Source of the DNA: Candidatus Thorarchaeota archaeon
GTDB lineage: Archaea; Asgardarchaeota; Thorarchaeia; Thorarchaeales; Thorarchaeaceae
Direction: 5' to 3'
Length of the DNA stretch: 64,000 nucleotides
Assembly (NCBI GenBank): GCA_016933575.1
Contig: JAFGAR010000101.1
Coordinates: forward strand, 1-64,000
Below, one piece after another: positions 59,754 to 64,000 of the stretch. Below the pieces are notes generated by a model. That model worked only from the letters and a program-made list of their open reading frames with translations. It was not told where the DNA came from and did no database searches. How positions within the stretch are numbered: position 1 is the first letter of the stretch; each line of letters begins with the position of its first letter. The translations under genes and the position numbers were made by a program.

Positions 59754-61421
59754 CTAATTTACCTCAGCTTTTGCCATTCGCTCAATACCAATTACATAGA
59801 CAATGGTTCCAATGATTATCAATGGAGTACTCATAATTAGCATGAATATTGGAATATTTGCAGATGCCATGATGAATTCAATTCCAATAAACAGTGAAAC
59901 CATGAGAATTATCATGATTGAGAAAATTGACGCAAATGTATTAACATGAAATGCACTGCTTTTTTGGTTCTCATAAGCTGGATTATTGGCTGTTATACCA
60001 GTACTAAGTAGCACTGCTCCACAGGTAGACCAGTATGTGTACCCCATGATTGCGAGCATTTCAAAAAATGTGAATTCAAAGATGAGAGAAGCTATTATTG
60101 AGGGGAATGTGGCAATCGGTATATTTAGGAGTAATGATTCAGTTATACGAGCTTTGCCAAATTTTCTAACCCCATTTGGAGCTGATCTGATTATCCATAG
60201 TTGGTCTTTTGATTCAAGAAATCCAATACCACCAAATGTGATTCCATTTATCATAGCAAGCATAAGTCCTAACATCAAAACAGTCAACATCAAGATGATA
60301 GTGTGGACAACTTCAGGCGCTTCTTCCGAGAATGAACCAGGACCATATTTGAGAATCACTGGTAAAAGGATAGAGATAGCAATACCGTAGATGAGTCGAG
60401 AAACATTCTGCATCTTTCGGGTGAATTCTTTTATCATATTCACAACAAGAATCCCAAAATTGCCTGGTGAGATCTTCCTTATACCTCTCAGAAAGAAGTT
60501 CTCTTCACCAACAGTAATTATCTTCTCTGTACGAGGTCCTGCTCCAAAGGAGAATATTCTATCAGCTGACGTAAACGCAATTATGATGATTAATCCAGTG
60601 AATGATAGCAAGAGCAGAAGGTCGATAATTGCATCCAATTTCAGAATGCTGAGAAAAATCGATGGTGAAATACCGACACCGTTGAAGATTATAACACTCC
60701 ATGATATGATATCTGCTCCCCACGTAAATGGAAACAAGAGGAATATGTCCATCCCCAGAACTGCTGACATGGAGTTTGCAAAATACATTAGCCCATACAT
60801 CGGAATCAGAACAATAAATGCAACTATCATTGAGAGAGCCTTTGCGATATCATTGCCCCGGGATGATTCGCCAAGTTTTGCTTGAATCGCGGTTGTGATC
60901 AGATTCGATAGAAAAAGGGTGCTCAGAGCAACAAAGAAGATAGTTAGATACATAATCAGCTGCCCAAGAAGACTGACTTCAAAGAATAAAGCAAACGGTG
61001 AGAGTATTATTGGTGCTGCATACATGACAAGGAAACCATAACTAGGGACTTTCCCAAGAAACATGCCAAACATCATATCACGGGTACTCACATTGTTGCT
61101 CAACATGATTTCCCATTGCCCAATGCGTATCTCCTGCATTGCATAGGAAATTGGATAGATTAGGAAGATGACCCATAGAAAAAGCATAGCAGAGCGCATT
61201 AGGCTAGGAAATCCTGCCATAAAGAGAAGTTCCACCTGAACACCTAATCCGCTAAGAATCGATGACATGATTGTTGGCACGATTACAAGAGCCCAAATAA
61301 TTCCAATGAGAAGAAGGCTGATACTTGCAGCTTTCCTGACTCTACGAAGCTTTGCAGTTTGAACAAGGAATTCAGTCTTAGCAATTGCCAGCCATTTCCG
61401 TGTCAGACTTAGTCCCTCCAA
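59754..61421 (-). CDS. ABC exporter permease (large, multi-TM)
   Basis: polytopic; LESKDQLWIIRSAP; overlaps the ATPase gene. Confidence 0.8.
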   Translation of the reverse strand: MEGLSLTRKWLAIAKTEFLVQTAKLRRVRKAASISLLLIGIIWALVIVPTIMSSILSGLGVQVELLFMAGFPSLMRSAMLFLWVIFLIYPISYAMQEIRIGQWEIMLSNNVSTRDMMFGMFLGKVPSYGFLVMYAAPIILSPFALFFEVSLLGQLIMYLTIFFVALSTLFLSNLITTAIQAKLGESSRGNDIAKALSMIVAFIVLIPMYGLMYFANSMSAVLGMDIFLLFPFTWGADIISWSVIIFNGVGISPSIFLSILKLDAIIDLLLLLSFTGLIIIIAFTSADRIFSFGAGPRTEKIITVGEENFFLRGIRKISPGNFGILVVNMIKEFTRKMQNVSRLIYGIAISILLPVILKYGPGSFSEEAPEVVHTIILMLTVLMLGLMLAMINGITFGGIGFLESKDQLWIIRSAPNGVRKFGKARITESLLLNIPIATFPSIIASLIFEFTFFEMLAIMGYTYWSTCGAVLLSTGITANNPAYENQKSSAFHVNTFASIFSIMIILMVSLFIGIEFIMASANIPIFMLIMSTPLIIIGTIVYVIGIERMAKAEVN

Positions 61422-62179
61422 CTAAGGAGTCTTGACTTATCGACCTCGCCGCCAACAATCTTGAGGTATGCATCTTCTAGGTCCTTCCCTCCAACTTGCT
61501 GGATTATATCGGCTGGATCTCCGAGTGTGTTCAAGACACCCTCATTTAGAATACCTATGATCTCACAGACATCTTCTGCAAAGTCAGTCATATGTGTACA
61601 GATGAAGAAAGTCGTATCCATTTCTCTCGCCATTGCTATGATAATTTCTCTGACCAAAACACTTGCGGCAGGATCCAAGCGAGATGTAGGCTCATCAAGA
61701 AACACGAGTTGCGGTTCATGAAGTACCGTTGACGCAACAAGGACTTTCTGCTTCATACCACTGCTGTAACTCTCAAGTAAATCGTTCTGTCTGCCTTCAA
61801 GACCCATAAGCTCAAGAAGACTATCAATTCGTCTATTGAGAACTTCGCCACTCATATCATTCAGTGCACCAATGAACTCCAAAAATTCCACAGCTGAGAG
61901 CTTTGAGTAGAGTCCTGGAGTTTCAGGTAGGAGTCCAGTTTTTGCCTTGATCTCCTCTCTCTGTGTGTGAATATCATAACCACATACAGTAGCATTACCA
62001 CTTGAAGGTTTTAACAAACCTGAGAGTATTCTAACCGTTGTTGTCTTCCCTGCTCCATTAGGTCCTAGAAAACCAAATACACATCCTCTTTTAACTGAGA
62101 GGTTCAAATTACTTAGTGCGATCACATTTCCAAAATTCTTTGAGAGCCCTTGTGTTTGAATAACAGAACCATCCGACAT
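61409..62179 (-). CDS. ABC transporter ATP-binding protein
   Basis: GPNGAGKTT, YSSGM, VFLDEPT, CTH. Confidence 0.95.
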   Translation of the reverse strand: MSDGSVIQTQGLSKNFGNVIALSNLNLSVKRGCVFGFLGPNGAGKTTTVRILSGLLKPSSGNATVCGYDIHTQREEIKAKTGLLPETPGLYSKLSAVEFLEFIGALNDMSGEVLNRRIDSLLELMGLEGRQNDLLESYSSGMKQKVLVASTVLHEPQLVFLDEPTSRLDPAASVLVREIIIAMAREMDTTFFICTHMTDFAEDVCEIIGILNEGVLNTLGDPADIIQQVGGKDLEDAYLKIVGGEVDKSRLLSWRD

Positions 62180-62290
62180 CTAACCAACCCCTGATTGTTT
62201 GATTATTAATTGCTTTAAAGATTTTATAAAAACGCATTCGGACATTCTTGTTTCATCACAATTATATTCAACCAATGCACATTGCCTATT

Positions 62291-62974
62291 ATGGTTCATG
62301 CTATCAGTAATACAATTCATCAAGATCTGATTGCTCATAGCAATCCTATACGTAAGGAGAAGATTGCGGAATATCTGAAGACCTCCTCTTTGGGTTTCAT
62401 TGGTGTTGAATTGCCTGACATACATTTGATGGTGAATACACATATCAAAGGTCTGAAGATTGATGACTTACCTTCCTTGATGGATGCACTTTGGAGTATC
62501 AAGACCTTCGAGACTCGCGTGGCAGCAATTGATGTCTTGAAAGTGTATGCAAAAAAAGGCGATGTTGCAATAGCCCTAAAGATTGCTGACCGGTGGGTTG
62601 AAGATGCTGATACCTGGGGGGTTACGGATCCTCTCTGTTCTCCAACAATTGGGATACTTCTTCTCCGGGACCCTAAAGTTGTTGACACCTTGAAGTCGTG
62701 GAGAACTTCTGAGAACTTCTGGAAACGTCGTTGTTCACTACTACCATATCTATACCTTACATTGAAGACGCAATATAGACCAGAATATAGTAAGAAGATA
62801 CTTGAAGCTGTGACCCCACACATCTCTGATGAGGAGTTTTTTGTTGGAAAGGCAGCAGGATGGGTGCTTAGAGAACTCAGCAAGAGAGACCCTGAATTGA
62901 TACAGGAGTATTTTAAGAGTCATGGTAAAAGGATGACGAAACTAGTAATTAGAGAAGGTTCAAAGAAGCTCTAA
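62291..62974 (+). CDS. alkD: AlkD-family DNA alkylation repair glycosylase
   Basis: FIGVELP, DTWGVTD, W..SENFWKRR, EFFVGKAAGWVLRE. Confidence 0.88.
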   Translation: MVHAISNTIHQDLIAHSNPIRKEKIAEYLKTSSLGFIGVELPDIHLMVNTHIKGLKIDDLPSLMDALWSIKTFETRVAAIDVLKVYAKKGDVAIALKIADRWVEDADTWGVTDPLCSPTIGILLLRDPKVVDTLKSWRTSENFWKRRCSLLPYLYLTLKTQYRPEYSKKILEAVTPHISDEEFFVGKAAGWVLRELSKRDPELIQEYFKSHGKRMTKLVIREGSKKL

Positions 62975-62978
62975 GACT

Positions 62979-63611
62979 CTAGTATATCTCTCCCTTTTCC
63001 ATAGCCTCTAAGAATTTCACGCGATTCTCTTCAGATACCGTATTGAGTATGCAGCCAAAATTGGGACAGTGTGAACAACTCCAGTGTCGGAGTGTAACAA
63101 AGAACGAAATAGCCAACACTAGTTGGATGACTACAAATTCCCATCTATCCAATAGGTAGAATATTGGTGCTAGAACAAAGAATCCAGCGAAGAATGCGAA
63201 GGTCGCTTGGCCTGCTCGACTTATCTTGCCTGGTTTATACTTGAACCATTTTGGACTAGCCCAATTTGCCAGACAATAGAACCGATTCTCATTTCCGTGC
63301 TCTTTGCCAGAGTATTCATAGCATGGGCAATGACGACACAGAACATACCATTCTAGACCCCCAGCAAAGAAGAGCATACTGATAATGAAGATGACTAGAA
63401 TCATCAACATACTCTCAGTGAGTACAAATGATCCTAATCCAAAGAATGATCCAATATCAAAGCTCAATCCAAAGTAGCTCACCGAAGATCCTATCATCCC
63501 AATTGCGCCAACTATCATCGGTGAAAAACCTAGTATCATAAACCATCGAGCATCGTTGAAATGATATCTTGCAACCACATCAAAATGCATCTTTTCCTTC
63601 TTCTCAGTCAT
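62979..63611 (-). CDS. Cys-rich 4-TM membrane protein
   Basis: LCRHCPCY, YC, CSHCPNFGCILN. Confidence 0.75.
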   Translation of the reverse strand: MTEKKEKMHFDVVARYHFNDARWFMILGFSPMIVGAIGMIGSSVSYFGLSFDIGSFFGLGSFVLTESMLMILVIFIISMLFFAGGLEWYVLCRHCPCYEYSGKEHGNENRFYCLANWASPKWFKYKPGKISRAGQATFAFFAGFFVLAPIFYLLDRWEFVVIQLVLAISFFVTLRHWSCSHCPNFGCILNTVSEENRVKFLEAMEKGEIY

Positions 63612-63794
63612 ATTTGTCCCTTCTGTATAGAAGTGAAATCAAGGACCAATATAAGTAAAATCTTTCAGAAAACAATCTTCTATGCAATGAAACAGCACTG
63701 CTTGGTTTTAGACAACCTTGAAACTCATATTGGCGTTTCCAGCTCAATGGCAGAGAGAGAAACGCCCTTAAGATGAGCCACCTACTCTCTCTTC

Positions 63795-64000
63795 ATGATC
63801 GAGGTCTCTCCTGAGCAGGCTCGCTTTTTCATGTTAGATGTTCAAGGATTGAGAACTGAGAAACCATGCAATTCTGTAAAAGAGGTTGCACAGAGAATTC
63901 ATAGTATACAGGTGGATACAATATCCGTTGTTTCGCGCAGTCACAATCTCATTACATTTAATCGTTTCAAAGACTACAAGGATGGATCAATCTGGGAGTA
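63795..64000 (+). CDS. ycaQ: YcaQ/AlkZ-family (HTH_42) crosslink-repair DNA glycosylase, 5' part, truncated by window edge
   Basis: manual translation MIEVSPEQARFFMLDVQGL...IHSIQVDTISVVSRSHNLITFNRF contains the QxD catalytic motif; absent from the ORF track. Confidence 0.82.
   Translation, partial: MIEVSPEQARFFMLDVQGLRTEKPCNSVKEVAQRIHSIQVDTISVVSRSHNLITFNRFKDYKDGSIWE

Noticed and set aside
3350-62883. Many short antisense or overlapping ORFs in the track (e.g. 3350-3823, 4735-5148, 59986-60885, 62335-62883)
   Set aside because: Shadows of well-supported genes on the other strand or frame; no motifs
63732-63766. tRNA gene
   Set aside because: Only a D-arm-like segment; no anticodon arm or T-arm (no TTCGA)

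Overview
Gene-dense archaeal chromosomal segment, most likely from an Asgard archaeon. Thorarchaeia-like is my inference, based on a RadA-family gene, a Rab/Ras-type small GTPase, PCI-like domains, REC-multi-PAS kinases and GAGGTGA/GGAGG ribosome-binding sites. I found no rRNA, tRNA, CRISPR array, transposase or integrase. The window is dominated by cell-surface genes. One is a 4188-aa giant membrane-anchored protein with about 26 repeats of roughly 96 aa, a higher-order duplication, an apparently nested N-terminal domain and a long acidic cytoplasmic tail. Three paralogous ~1000-aa surface proteins sit among ABC-2 exporter operons. Other contents: a divergent RadA paralog coupled to an orphan gene; three unrelated DNA glycosylase families (atypical Fpg/Nei, AlkD, and a YcaQ/AlkZ gene cut by the window edge and missed by the ORF track); TldD/E; an HtpX-like protease with an EF-hand-like insertion; a PAS-kinase signalling cluster; two TM-wHTH-zinc-ribbon proteins; and a GNAT plus TPR/CorA-like 2TM pair. 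Several related intergenic hairpins and a direct-repeat-flanked small gene also occur. All family calls come from motif recognition by eye, not database searches.
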